A stretch of 63,109 nucleotides of DNA, filler included, from Piptocephalis cylindrospora (Eukaryota), in the NCBI GenBank assembly GCA_003614145.1. It is 7 parts of 7 records of this genome, joined end to end, with 100 filler letters (N's around TTAATTAATTAA, not from the genome) between each part and the next. Parts side by side here need not be neighbours in the genome. Positions count along the whole stretch, not along the records: positions 9,055 to 18,002 come from KZ988117.1; positions 18,103 to 27,031 come from KZ988118.1; 5 more parts are not named here. The stretch is one strand, 5' to 3'. Below the pieces are notes generated by a model that made no database searches, had not been told where the DNA came from, and saw only the letters and a list, made by a program, of their open reading frames with translations. Below, piece by piece: positions 10,498 through 24,242 of this stretch. How positions within the stretch are numbered: position 1 is the first letter of the stretch; each line of letters begins with the position of its first letter. The translations under genes were made by a program, and so were the position numbers.

Positions 10498-13400
10498 ATG
10501 TTTGTCGAGGAGATTCCTGTTTACGGTTCCATTCGGGGGAAGCCATGGAGCTTTCCTGCATGGACAGAGGTAACCATCCCACTGGATGATCTGGATATCG
10601 CGTCCTCAGCCTCTACTTCTAGCGCCTTCCCATCCACCCATATCCCCTCACCGCCGCCTCTTTCTGGAAGCTTTGTCTCTATGGGCTCTCCGCCTGCTGT
10701 GCGTCCGGCAGCACTAGTCAGCTTTTCCAAGCGTCGGTGGGCTGCTCATGTCATCGTGGACCCGTCAAATGATTGCGCTCTCTTTCTCAGGTTCTTGCCC
10801 CTTCCTGGAGGAGGATTTTTCTCGGGGTCCGGGCACAATCCCATCCATCTTATTTTTGATTCGAGTATTCTTCCGGGCTTGAATGTGCTGGAGGGTGTCG
10901 TGGGCACCTCTCATCCCCGACCCATCTTTTATCTCATTGTCCTGACGGCCGATGGCACCATTCATCAGATTCCCTTGGATGTTCCTAATGGCCTCAGACC
11001 CCTTTCACATATATCCTACCGGTTGGGCACTCGGATGAACCATTCTTCTTACCAGAGCCGTGTCCCTACATTCCTCCATACCTTGCCTCGACCTGGGAAT
11101 GTCCTTGTAGCCTGTACGGACGGCGCAATCCTGGCAGCCTCTCTACCCCTTCCTGTCCCGGGTATGGTCGAAGCCGTTGATGATTTTACCGAATCATTGG
11201 TGAATCCCACAACTATTGCTTCCTCCACCTCCGCCACCTCCTCTTCTTTGCTTAAACGTGTCTTCGGCTTTGGTTCTCCATCCTCAAGCCCGGCTCCAGG
11301 GAACTGGGGTGGTCCCAGTGTCATGCAAGATCCACGCGCTCCCGTAACATGGGCTCCTGAGGCTCCCATTGACCTCTTATCCTTCCGCCTGCGGAAGACT
11401 CAGGCCACTGTTGTCTTTGCTCTTCGTCGTGATGGTCTCCTTCAGGCTCACCACCTCGATCGATCGGCCTTACTCATGTCCACTTCTCCAGCCAATTGGT
11501 CCTACTTCCAATCGGCCGATTTAATCTCCGAGATTCCTCTAGAGAACACAGTGGCAGCTGCTCAATGTAAGGGAGGAGCGCATGGGGGCAAGACCGATGA
11601 GATGGATGATGGGTCTCAAGGGGAACTCTCCCCCTCCTCCCTTCTTCCGTCAGGGTGGCGACGTGCTTTAATCCTGAATAAAGGGGCGAGGTTAGATGAG
11701 GAGGTGGAGGCCGAGGTGTGGATGTGGACGCCCCGTCGTATCATTGTCCTTCAGGTTCATGTGGGGGTCAATGGCACTCAGCTGGACGTCAACCTGGGCT
11801 CTCCCGTTCTGCCAGCCTTTCCCTTAGCACTGCTTGAAGGAGAAAAGTCCGCCCTCGTACTCCAAAATCCTCAGGCTCCTGTGGAGCGTGGTGGCTGGCT
11901 AGCCGATCTTGCCTTTGGGGGCCTTGCCACTGAGGTGAGGCAACTGTGGCTTCTGACCACGTCTGGAGCCCTTTGGTCCCTTCGGGAGGACGGTGCAGGT
12001 CCCTGGACCCTAGTGGAAAAGGCAGTGGATGTGGATGAGGAGGACGAGGGGGAGGGGGGGGGGAAGAGGGGGTTGTCCGTGGGATTCAAGCCCGTGCCGT
12101 TGCCCGAGGTGTCCATCTGGCGGATCCAGCCTTGGACTGGCTTCTTAACCCTGGGCGCTTTTCCCGAGATACGCTTGCCCTTCTAATCGAGAGATATGAG
12201 GAATCCCAAAAGTATCCTTGGCCACCTCTCCCTTCTATTCAGGGTATAGGGATTTCCCATGGGCCTATGACCCTAAAGTCTTTCCGTGCTCTTCTCGATC
12301 GGGAAGTGGGCCTCCGTGAGTATCTCTTGAAGCGTATTAATCTCTCTCATCCCATTATGGAAGATGCGGGTACCGGGGAGCTCTTGATCAATGACCAGCA
12401 ACAGGATGAGACGGCAGCATGGAAACTTCTAATCACTACGATGCTTTGTTTGGTTGAGGATTGTGAAAGACCTGGTTTGGCCTTGGCCAACCTTGATCTC
12501 AGCAACGGATCCTTGGGCCAGGTGTGCACCCTGCGTCCATCGAGCATTGGGCTTCTTCAGCCAGTGAGGCCACTGGATCTCTGGCCAGAGGAAGGAGAAA
12601 GCGAGGCTGCGAAGGATGAGGAGTTGGATGCGTGGTATCGGGTGCTCCAGGCCGTTCGATCCACTATGTTGGATTCTTTTGGCCTTGCTCGGGTGGAGGC
12701 CTATCTCTGGTCTCCAGCATCCATTAAAAAGTGCACTCCTGCTTCAATTCTTGAGGAAGTGTGGCAAAGATCGATGGATCCTGGCTCGGGGAGTGAATCT
12801 GAAGATGAAGAGGATGAGGAAGAAAAGGAGAGGGCTGCGAGTGAAAACGCGTACCTCGCCCAGCAGAAAGCCCAGGCTTTGCTGAGGATGGTAAGACGTA
12901 TCCCGAATCCTGGTCAGTCCCTCTCCCGCCTCCTCGAATCCCTGGATATGAATCGATTTCACTGTAAGTTATTCATATTAGTGGGTGGGTTGGCTTTTGC
13001 CGGCATTAAGAGGAAGAGGGGGCGGCGCATAATTAAAAGGGTCAACTCTAATACTTCCTCTGGATAACCTTATCTTGTTGGAATTAGATCACATCTTTAG
13101 TGCTGTATGGAGGCCTACTGGAGATATAGGCGAGGAGGGAGTAAGCTGGACCTGGAGATTGCAAGAACAACGTCTTCGACAGGCTGTGGATCAGCAGTAC
13201 CGAATTGTACGGGACCTTCTCCTTCTTCTGGCAACTCTGGCGGCCACGCATCCGCCAGGAATGCCGGAGGGAAGGGGAAGGCAGGGCTGGATCCAGGATT
13301 TAATCTGCCAAGCGGGACAGGTTATGCATTTGTATGAGGAAGTAAGATGGTGGAGGTGGATGGGCCGGACATCGTGCATTGACTCCTCTGAACCAGGAAA

Positions 13401-15869
13401 AGGGGCCATTCCGGCAAGCGCCAAGAAGGACGAAATTCTTGATGGGATTCAACAGCAGTTGGGTGGGATTCACCTAGCCCGTACCGACACTGAGATTTCT
13501 TTAATGCACCCCCTTTCCCAGGAGCAGAATACGCCTGGATCGCGTGTTGCGCCTGAGGGAATTCGGACCCTACTGGGCCTTTGGTATCGGTGGTTCTGGG
13601 GTTCTGCTCGTTTTGAGGGAGCCATGGGGGATTGGCATGCTCGGGTCGGTCCATTCCTAGAAGACCTTGCTCGGACTGGTCGGCTTTCTTTGGCCCAAAA
13701 CTCCCTTGGTCTCCTACCTTCCTCGGTAGTAAATGGAGTGAGACGTGCGATGGTGGAGATAGCTTTGGAATCTGGTAATTGGGATGAGGTTATTCAGGAG
13801 GCCATCCGTGCCGGGGTCTCGGATGTGGAAGGAAGGCAGGATCGAGTGAATTACTACAATGACCTGGTGGACCGACTTGAGGAGTTGGGACGGTGGCCCG
13901 AAGCCGCTGACCTATTACGCGAGGCTCTTTATACCTTACAGGAATTGGCTGATGACGTCCATGTCACTTTGGATGTTCATGGAAAGGTGGTTGTAACACG
14001 CTTTCGACTCTTTCAAGGTCTGTTGCGGATGCGTCGTTATCAAGAGGCTTCCATGCTCATTCCGGCCTCAGGAACGGCCCTGGAGGATCCTTCCCAGGAG
14101 GATGGGGAGGCTGCGGAAGGAAGGCGGATGCTTGATCTTCTTATCACTCATGTATGTGAGGCGCAACAGGGCCGTAAACTAGGTCAACTGGCCTTTGCCG
14201 AACTTCAGCCCATGGTCACCCGGATTCTTACGGATAAATCCAGCATTTCCTTGACTGCTGGAAGAAGCAATGCGTGCTACCGAAAAATTCTCTTCACTTA
14301 CTGCCTGGGCTTTGGGGAGTACCGGGCCGCTGCTCGGTCCATGCTCACCATGAGCCATATCATCGAGGAAGATGATTACCGTAAGGGCCGAAAGGTTCAG
14401 ACAGTGGAGGAAGAGGAAGAGGAGAGAGAAACTGAAGTGCGGAAGTTGGAGGAGGTGAAGAATGGCTACTTGGCTTCCCTGTATGCCCTTTACATGCTCC
14501 AAGGCAATGGGACAGGTACCTGGGTGGATCTTGCCCCCAGGGCGGGTTCGGATCAGGAGAGAGCGCAAGGGAAGCGTAGACGATTAGGGACAGGCAGGAA
14601 GGGGTCTGGGGCGCAAGATGTGGGCATCTACCGACTGACCGATGTGCGCCGAGATTACCGACGAGCTCGGCTGAACGCCAAGTTGGCCCGAATGTACCCC
14701 AAACTTATGCTTTCCACTGGTAAGTGCTGGGATGATTGTGTCGCATATGATTATATGTTATTCTTTCCGTCATCTTGCATATTCATTACTTGATGCGCCT
14801 TCTTCTTGTATTCTCATACGTACTTTTATCGACTGTTCTTCTAGATGCCACCAAAGATGCTAGATTCACCCTGGAAATACTCATACGTGTGGGTTGGTTT
14901 ACTGAGGGGATTGCCCTCGCTAAGTCTTATGGGTGGGGACTAGAGGAGATATTTGAGGAGTTGACCCGGCGGTGCCTTGCTCTCTCCAGACACACCTATG
15001 CCAAACAAGATGTGCCCATGGAGGAGGATGCTGATGATGGAGCCTTTGGCGTGGATGAAGGAGATGATACAGAGGAAGAAGAGGAAGAGGAAGAGAAGAT
15101 TGATCATCTTCTAGGATTGGAGAGTGAAGGTGAGGAAGGTGATTCGTATGAGGAAGAATCAGAGTGGAGCTTCTCTTTCCAGGCACGATCAGATCATGCT
15201 GAGGGGCTTGGGGAGGAAGATGGAGAAGAAGAAGAAGCGGTGGAAGCCTTGGATCGCTGGATCCAGGAGGATTTCACGACTTGTCGGATGCATGGACCTT
15301 CCTTGAAGCGGGCTTGGGATCTTTTGCAACATCTATTACTTCGGGAGGATCCTTCGACCAAGTCGGCCACGGGCCATCCTTGCTGGAATTCCGTCCTTCG
15401 AGCCCTGGAAGCTGTGGGCATCGCCGAGGGGGGGGTGGTCGAGGGACTGGAGGCGATCATCCCCCCTTGGCTCCTCACAGGCCTTCGGAGGTGCGTCCCA
15501 GATGCATTGATTCGGCAGGCTCTTGAGGCAGGGAGGGCTGAGGAAGCTGTAAGGCACACACTGTACATCCTCCGAGAGGCGGATTCAACGGTGGCCGGAA
15601 AGGAGACGAATGGTGAGGTGACGTTATCGTACTCACTCGTGGATGCGGTACTTCAGGTGGCTGGGGAGTTGAGGGAGACGGAGGAGCGACTGACGAGTGA
15701 TCGGCCCAAGGGCCGGTATGGTCTGGATGGGGAAGACAAGGTATTGCAAGGGGCACTGATGGGATCGGCTGGGCGGTGGATGGAGTTAGATGGGCAACTC
15801 CGGGCCCTGATTAACCGCCGCCTAGTGCGGGCTAAGCAATCTACGGATGCTCAAAGAATGCATGAGTAG
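10498..15869 (+). CDS. NUP160: Nucleoporin Nup160/Nup120-like, with an apparent frameshift in a G10 run (12054-12063) and two introns
   Basis: Beta-rich N-terminus, then LDWLLNPGRFSRDTL and YRKILFTYCLGFGEYRAAARSM, matching Nup160 motifs; four ORF pieces joined by one frameshift and introns near 12964 and 14720. Confidence 0.75.
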
Positions 15870-16109
15870 GGGCTGTGATAGGGGCCGCGGATGAATATTT
15901 GGTGGCTATTTAACCAGTCGATGTGCTTGCTCAACAATCCTACCATGGGGGTGTGCATGCTTGAAAATAGTAGGGGGGAGGGTAAGGGATACGGATGAAG
16001 ATCATGAATAGATTTGGCGTATTCATCGAAAGAACATGCTTTTGTGTAAGGGAAGAATATAAAAAAAGACACAAGAGATATAATAAAGACATAGCAAGAA
16101 GAGATATCT

Positions 16110-18002
16110 TTATCCATTGCTCATTGATGATTTTTTGCCAGCTTCCAATGAACTATGTGAGGAGGGCGTCGAAGGGATAGAGGGGTCGGAAGGGGTGGTG
16201 GGGGCAGGGCGAGAGGCAACTGGGAAGGCGGGAGAAAAGGGAAGAGAGATTCGCTCCTTGTTATCGAGTGGCTCATCTAGAACCTGAGCTTCTCCATCCT
16301 CTCTCACAGGAGCCTTGGGTTTTGGATGATCATGATCATCATTAGAGGTAGGGGTAGGACCAGCAAGACGACGCTTCATCTGGCTCATGAGGTTCATGAG
16401 ATATTGATGAGCAATGGTCCAGTTGATGCCACTTTCCCGAATGATCCAGAGGCAAGTGGTGAAGTCTGAGCGAGAACAGAGACGATCCTCCTCTGAGACC
16501 TTGGAATCCCACACACGATCCAGATGGATGTCCCCGGCGAGGTAGGCGCAAAATACAAGAAAAGGCATGGGATAGCCCCGGGGAGTGATAATATGCCGAC
16601 TTAGAATAATGACTTCGTGGGCCAATTCCCGAACTTCGTGTAAAGCACGCATTGCCATGGAAGTGGTGGCCTCCAATCTGCGGGTCCCGGGGTGGACGCG
16701 GAGGCAGGAGCGATCAAGGACTATGAGGGAAGAGTAATAAAGGGTGTACACGGTGAGGCCCACTCGTCTTAGATGTCCATATTTTGGGATGCCGGGGGGA
16801 AAGATACTTTGAATGGCCCAGAGGGTTCGGCGTAGCAGAGAAAATTCCGAATGGGGGGAAGTGTAGGGAGGAGCTTTTCGGGGAGAGCGACCATGGACAA
16901 GGTGGCCAATGCGACCGGAGACTAGGGAGAGAAGGGCGGTGCGGAAGGTCCAAGTGTTCCATATAGAGTCCGGGGAGGGAAAGTAGATGGAGTGAGAAGG
17001 ATTGGACATATGGCAGAACGAGGGTGGAGAGGACCCGTGCAGGGGGTTGGTCCATAAAGGGAGATCGAGGATGACTTGCTCAAACTCGGCCGCATCAAAG
17101 AGTGGGGCCGTGTAGGAGGGAAGAATGGGAAGGGGAGAAATCCAGGACATCTCGTCCCCCGGGAAGCGAATACACACATCCCGGATGTCAATGGACCGTG
17201 GCCGCCCTAGAGAAAGACAAGCAAAGGAATCGACAGTTTGTTGCATCCACCAGAGCCTACGACATCTCTCTAGATGGAGATGTTGCTCCGGAGATAGATG
17301 GGATCTGTCTGGGTTCCCGTCGTCCAAGGTATGAAGCCCAAGTTCTTGGGAAATCCTGGAAAAAGGAAATAGGTAATGAGCAAGAGAGGAAGGATAGGAG
17401 GGATACCTTCTCCAGTGGCTCTGCATGCCTTACCGAATACTGGAGGAAATGAGAAGAGAGGCAGAGCTTTGTTCCGCACGGGAAAAGGCAAATGTGGCGA
17501 GATAGAGAAGGGAAAGGATGGAGTCAAGAGAGAGCTCTGGATTTTCCAAGAGAGCCATGGCCCGATTTCGATAATGTTCGGCTTGTTTCATGGTAAGCAA
17601 GGTCTTTTCCCGGACAGTTCGTGCGCACATGTAGGAGAAGATAAGATGAGTAGGCAAGGCCCCGGACCTGGCACGGTCCAGTAAGCTTTGATAATGAACG
17701 TAGGTCATCAGGTCCTCCTGGCTCATATCATCTATGATACAATGAATGATAAGGGCTTGGCTGGGAAGATCCGAGATTCCTTGCTTCCAGATGTCTGGGC
17801 AATGATGTTGGGGAGGAGGAGATGAGAGACCAAAGGTAGGGTTTGGGGTATGCTGACGCTGATGGGGAGGGGAATGAGGATTGGGGATGGGATGGGGAGG
17901 GGAATGAGGATTGGGGATGGGACGAGAAGAGGCGTTCTTTGAGTTGGTGTGATGAGGATGAGGGGAAGCATCATGGCGACGCCGACGCTTCCTCCGGATG
18001 GG
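16110..18002 (-). CDS. Fungal-specific transcription factor domain protein (Zn2Cys6 family middle homology region); 5' end lost at contig edge
   Basis: R|ISQELGLH...ERCRRLWW...DSFACLSLGRPRSI; ORF 17430-17726 joins through a GTAAGG...CCAG intron; the zinc cluster itself is not visible. Confidence 0.8.
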
Positions 18003-18102
18003 NNNNNNNNNNNNNNNNNNNNNNNNNNNNNNNNNNNNNNNNNNNNTTAATTAATTAANNNNNNNNNNNNNNNNNNNNNNNNNNNNNNNNNNNNNNNNNN
18101 NN
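18003..18102. other. Artificial contig linker
   Basis: N44-TTAATTAATTAA-N44. Confidence 0.99.
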
Positions 18103-19361
18103 TATCCTCCAAGGTAAGTTTTCCATCACGGGCACGGGAGGAGAGACCAGCAATGGCCTTCTCGACTCCGACAAAGCTCATGTCCTCGACATTCCGAAGG
18201 ATGGGGGTAACAAGACCCTTAGGGGTGGCGACAGCCACGGAGATATCAACGTAATCACGGTACACAATGGTGTCTCCACCGTTGGGGCCCACGATGGTGC
18301 CATTGACGCCGGGTACCTCCTGGAGGGCGACGGCGGAGGCACGGACAAAAGCGGACATGAAGCCAAGCTTGACATCATGCTTCTTGAGCACGGTATCCTT
18401 GTATCGGGCACGCAGAGCCATAAGATTGGTCATGTCAATCTCATTGAAAGTGGTAAGGGAAGCAGCGGTATTCTGGGACTCCTTGAGGCGCTCGGCGATG
18501 CGAAGACGCATCCGGTTCATCTTGACATGACGCTCGGTACGGTTCCCACTTCCAGTGGTACCCGAGGAAGCAGAGGAGGAAGTAGAGGAGGGAGTGGAGG
18601 AGGGAGCGGAGGAGGAGGACTTGAGGGCGGGGGAGGATTTGGGGGCAGGGCTGGGGGAAGGAGTCGGAGCAGGCTTAGACTCGGCCTTGGGGGAGGCGGG
18701 GGCAGGAGTATCCTGTTGTTTTACCTCCTCCTTGGGCTCCTCAGGCTTGGGGGATTCGGAAGCAGCAGACTTCTCTCCGGCGGCACCCTCCTCGATGATG
18801 AAGAGGTCAGAGCCAACCTCCACAGTGTCCTCCTCGCTGGCAAAGTGTTTTGATACCTTGCCGGAGACAGGGGCATTGACGGAGACATCTACCTTATCCG
18901 TCTCAATGGACGCGACTTCCTCGTCGGCCTCGACATACTCTCCGACCTGCTTGGTCCAGGACTTTAGGGTTCCTTCGGTGATGGAATCGCCCATGGTGGG
19001 GACTTGGACAACGCGATCAGCTAGGATGGGCGAGATGAGTATGGGTGCATGGCATAATGTACTGATCCCTCCAGATTTACAACTCTACTGTTCTTTCTCC
19101 TCTTTCCTTCTTTCCTCCCCACTTACCATAACCTCGGGAAGAGACCCAGGGAAGACTGGGGAGGGCGGGGCGGAGAGTGGATTTGAGACTGGAAGTACCG
19201 GTGGTCAGGGGAAGGTTGGCGGAGCGGGACAGAAGGGAGGTAGTGGAGAGGGTACGGGCAGCGTAAGATCTTGAAGCGGACGTCAGGGAGCGACGGAGAG
19301 CAGGCCGGGCCATGGAGGCCACAGAGGGTAAGCAGGTGGATTTACTGCCAAGGCGATACAT
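18103..19361 (-). CDS. KGD2: 2-oxoglutarate dehydrogenase E2 (dihydrolipoamide succinyltransferase), 3'-truncated
   Basis: Mitochondrial presequence exon, lipoyl motif IETDKV, KMNRMRLRIAERLKESQNTAASLTTFNE, DISVAVATPKGLVTP. Confidence 0.95.
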
Positions 19362-20264
19362 GACGACGTGTGAGTGGGAATGAGGGGGATTGGTTGGTGG
19401 GCCAAGAAAGGCAAAGACTGGAAGAAGAGAGAGAGGGAGGAAGAAGGAAAGAGCGGAGGAGCTGGGAGCGGTCAAGGGGGCGGAGGGAGTAGACCTGGAG
19501 GGAACCATGACCCTCTTCCTCGTCTCTATATATGGAACCAGTGTGGGGTGAGCGGGTGGTGGAGGCGACCCTATTCTCTGTTGCACACTCTTCCCTTTTC
19601 CTTGGCTTTCCATCTTCTGGATATGCTGCTTTTAAGGCACGAGAAGCTGTGAGGCGAATGGGTTGCATTTCATCCGTATAGACATACACACACACACACA
19701 TATTGAAGGGTTTTTTTTATAATAGGGCGGCCTAGGGGATGGTGTTACGCCGATATCCGCGCGCAAGAGAGGGTGGAGTAAACGTCAGATGGATTTCCCC
19801 CTCATCAGCCAAGTGTGGACTTATGGGGAAAAACCCTGGAGATGAGTATTTCCATCGCCTTGTCTGATTGATGGGCTTTCACTCCGTTCAAACAACACCC
19901 TTGCCCAAGTAGGGAGAGTGGGGGGTACAAGGGGGAGGGAGGGGGGATGGAGAAGCTCGGACGAATGTATGTGGAGTGGCGGAGTACGGAAGGACCTCTC
20001 TTTCACTCTCTCTCGGAAGGACCGGTTGGAGCATCGGGCGAGGAAGGGCAAAAACCGGAAGAGCCTCACCAAAGCGGGAACACGCAAGGACCAGATATTG
20101 TGACCATTGACCACCATCTTTTGACTTCGTGCATGGTTTCTATCCTGCCCATCATGGATGAAGGATGAAACAACATACAGATACAGCACAAGGGGCCATG
20201 ATGGAAGGGTCATAGACTCAAGGAATGATGAATTTAGTTGACAAGAAGGTGTGGCATGACCTTG

Positions 20265-20986
20265 TCATTCTCCGTCCTGGAGAAAGGGCCTTTTTCGTCC
20301 TTTACCATCTGATATCCCTGTAGTTGTGATGGAAAAGTGCGCTTGATCTAGAAGTCGGTCTGGGCTCTTGATTAAATGACCAGTACATTGTCCTTCCCTA
20401 GGGACAGGAAGGATAGGTGTGAGTGGGATGAAGTTGGAGGGTTGGCTGCTGTAGATCATTGCCTAGGGACCACTGACCTGATATGACCCGTGGGATCAAG
20501 GACAATACGATGGGTGGGTACATGGGTCCAACTATCCCCCAGGGCAGGGATGGGTAAGGAGGAACCATCGTCCGAGAGACGATGGGTCATCTGGTTGGTG
20601 ACAATGATCTGTAGGATGTAGGGAAGACACGGGTAAGTGGAGAGAAGAAACAAGGCGGGCAGATCGGCTTCCTTGTGACTTACACAAATGGAGGATGATG
20701 CAGCGAGGGATCGAAGGGCCTGACCACATGCGAGTAAGGTCCGTGTCCGGATACGACTATCTCCCTGGAAGGACCGGTAGGGCGTGGTCATGCCATCGAG
20801 GATGATACATTTGGGAGCCTGGGATGTACTGCTCATAGATGTAGGGAGTGTGTGAATGGTCGCTGACACTTGCGATAGACTCCATACACGATGGTATTGT
20901 AATCGATCCTGCCATCTATCTGCTCCGACTCCTGACTGAGGCGCGTTTTTTGCCATGGCCTCTAAACGATCCATCTGAACATCCAT
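20265..20986 (-). pseudogene. RAD51C: C-terminal half of a Rad51C-like recombinase paralog; Walker A half missing (pseudogene or chimeric junction)
   Basis: CIILDG (Walker B), IIVTNQMT, PALGDSWTH, LIKSP...FSITTTGISD; two GT-AG introns; no upstream GxxGxGKT exon found. Confidence 0.65.
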
Positions 20987-21190
20987 ACTTTCCTCTACCT
21001 CCCTCCTCCTCCTCTTTCATTTCAATCCTGCTAACGAACAAACGATCACCCATGGAATATTTCACTTTTCCTATCTAAAGCGCCCTCATATGCGCTTCCA
21101 TTCAAAAATAACATCTTTCTTTTCCTTTTTTTTATACCCAACCATTCTGATCTTGAGGTAATTTTGTGCGCTATTAAGAATACCTAAATA

Positions 21191-21545
21191 AGTAGTAGTA
21201 ATAGTAAACAGCGAAATGTGTTGGGAAAATTACAACTTTCCCTTTTTCTTAAAGTCTTCACAAATTCGTTTCAAAAGGGTTCAGAACCTTTCCTCACGAT
21301 ATCGCTGCTTCTTCCATGAATCTCCAACCCCTCCTACCTTCTCCTGTAATCTCCCCCACTTCTCCCATTTCTCCATCGTTCCCCTTTTAATGGCCGTCCT
21401 TCTTTTGGCCTTCATCGGCGTCCGAAGCAGCATCCGTAATTCATACTTTAAATCAGGCCTGAGCGTCGTCTCGGATGTACTTAACACAATCCGTAGAACA
21501 TCTCGATAAATACACCAAACTGTGTATCCAATGACCAGGAGACCA
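21191..21545 (-). mobile_element. Degenerate dispersed repeat, probable 3' end of a non-LTR retrotransposon with (TAC)n tail
   Basis: Aligns by eye over ~340 bp with 34438-34786 and 28405-28753; frame VIGYTVWCIYRDVL...TMEKWEKWG; ends TCGCTGTTTACTATTACTACTAC. Confidence 0.55.
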
Positions 21546-21878
21546 GGTTCAAAGCCTAGTGATCTTGAAAGATCATGGAGTAAAATAATCACATTCTCCT
21601 ATTTATCACCACTTTGTCCCCCTATTAAATGATGGTACCTATAGGACCAAAGAGCCTAGGAAGAATGCCTAAATAAGTGTCAACATGTATTATTAGAATG
21701 AAAACTATTGGTTGTTTCATTTAAAAAAGACTTAACCAAATGCACCAATCAGGTTCACCCGAATCAAGCAGTCGATCAACGTGTGAAATGTCAACAAGGG
21801 CGCGTTTAAGATCCCTTGACAGATACAACCAGATCCCTCTTATCTCCTGCTCCTTGGCTCTACACCAGTTTATAAGAT

Positions 21879-23574
21879 ATGCATCCCTCAATATACGACG
21901 ATCCTGGAAACAGCAAGGGATGGCAAAGGGCCAGGTCGAACATCTGGACAGGTAAACGGGAAGACCGTAGAGCCCGTACCACCCGGTCCTCTGCTAATAG
22001 TCCTTTTCTCCCTGGGTCAACACTGTGATAGTGGAGTGTAGGATCAGGGCAACCAGTCTCGTGTCTTACGAGCAAGTAGCGACTGAAGTGGCCCAGTGTC
22101 TAAAGAAGGCATGTCCCATCCATCTAGGCACTCTATTTGACAAGGCACTGGAGGAACGTCTCTGCTTCGTCTGTGCCTCATCTCCCTACGCTGCTGATAT
22201 TGCTACCCTTCGATTGGATCGAGGTAAGTCTATAAGATGCAACATCCTATAATAATCACATATCTCTCTCTCTCTTTCTCGCTTTCTAAATAATTGCCCC
22301 ATCTCTCAGATATGGCCATCGGTGACGAGGATAATAAAATCATCCTCCAGGAACAGGATGATTTTCGTGTTTATGCCTACCAATTAGTCGACGAGACCCC
22401 TCAATCCTCTTCTCCGGTGGCCGACCTTCCTGTAGAGGAGGATCTGGAAGAGGAGGAATCTCAATCTTCCTTGGCAGACGAATGCCCTTTGCCCTCCAGG
22501 CATCTAGAGGGGGTCTGGTCCAGCCTAGTTTATGATACTGGTATTAAGGATAGGTTGATCCGATACGCTGAAGCCGCCATGCTCCTTACTGATCACGCCG
22601 TTGACCCGAATATCATATCTTTTCATCGCACCATCCTCCTTCATGGTCCCCCAGGCACAGGGAAAACCTCCCTAGCCCGGGCCCTCTCTCAGCAACTGGC
22701 GATCCGTCTCTCTCCCCGTTTCCCTCGGGCTAGCCTCATCGAAATACGTGCTCATAGTCTATTCTCTCGATGGTTCTCAGAATCGGGCAAATTGGTCGTC
22801 CGGGCCTTCCGGGAAGTTCGTCAGCGAGCCCAGGATCCTCAGTGTCTTGTATGTGTCCTCATCGATGAGGTGGAGAGCTTAACAGCTGCCCGACAAGCCG
22901 CGCTCTCCGGTACAGAACCTGCGGATGCCATCAGGGTGAGCGGGAGGTACATCAATGGTTCCCCCCATTTAGTACACTCATCTCCAACTTGTCCTGTTTA
23001 GGCTGTCAACGCGGTCCTTACCCAGCTGGATAAGATGAAAAAATATCCCAATGTCTTTATTCTCACCACCTCAAACATTAGCCAAGCCATTGGTAAAGAA
23101 AGAAACGTGCCCAATTACTTTAGCCCCCCCCACTCATACATTCCACTTCACCCCCTTAGATCTAGCTTTCATGGATCGAACCGATCTGAAAGAGTACATT
23201 GGACACCCGTCAATACCAGCCATCCATACCATCCTTGCGTCGACCGTTGAAGAGTTGACCAGAACGGGCATCCTTCTCCATCCTTGCCCTCCTTTGGGAC
23301 ATATTCGTGCCTCATTATCCCACCTTGTTGAGCATTGTCAAGGATGGAGTGGCCGAACCCTTCGTCGTCTTCCCTTCCTCACCCTTGCTCGTATACCCCC
23401 TCCGGTAAGTAACACCGTGTCATGATGGTTGATGTAGAGAATAGACTAACATGATCATTTCCATCTGTCTAAAAGAGAAAGGGTATTACATTTAGTCAGT
23501 GGGTACGAGAATTGATGGAAGCTATTCAGCAGGAAAAGGCTCGGGAAGCTCGATTATCCCGGCTACCCGAATAA
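21879..23574 (+). CDS. PCH2: Pachytene checkpoint AAA+ ATPase Pch2/TRIP13, multi-exon; first exon uncertain
   Basis: [78 protein letters not shown]. Confidence 0.93.
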
Positions 23575-24242
23575 ACCCTGGACATTGGACGTGAACAGTT
23601 ACCACTCTAGTCAAAGCTCGCTGTAGTATCTACCCTGCATGATGATTAGCTGGTTGATTTGTGGTCAATGGCATTTACTCGGATGGCTGTTGTTTTGATT
23701 CTAATATAAGCGCTTATCGATCTTTCCCCTCATTATTCGTCGACAGAGGCCACATTATTCTCTTCATTCACAGCTAAACGGAGAGACGCGCATAATTACT
23801 CCCTTTGTGTATCCCTTCCCCTTGAGGACGAGTTTCATCATCATCCTATTATTATTATTATCTTCCCCTTCCCTCAAAAGCCACGTACGCAATAAAAGTA
23901 ACAGGCCAATCCATACGGGATAAAAAAGAGGATTTCTGCAAGGCTGAGAGACCAGGTTGTATTTTTACTCGACCAAACAGCCATATACTATACAGAATGC
24001 GCCATTTGTTACGATGAAGGAGGATGAGAGGGGCTAGATGATCCTGGCCGTAACAACCCCACCCTCTCTCACATCCGCATATACCCCAGTAGACCCGCGT
24101 CCAAAGGATCAGCAGCGGATGAGGAGGCAAGCATGAGGATGAAAGAAAGAGAAGGGCAATACCAGTGGATACAGGAAAGAGGATCTCCTCTCCCCTACGC
24201 CCACATCAGGGTCAGCCACAACAACAACGACTATATCATCGC

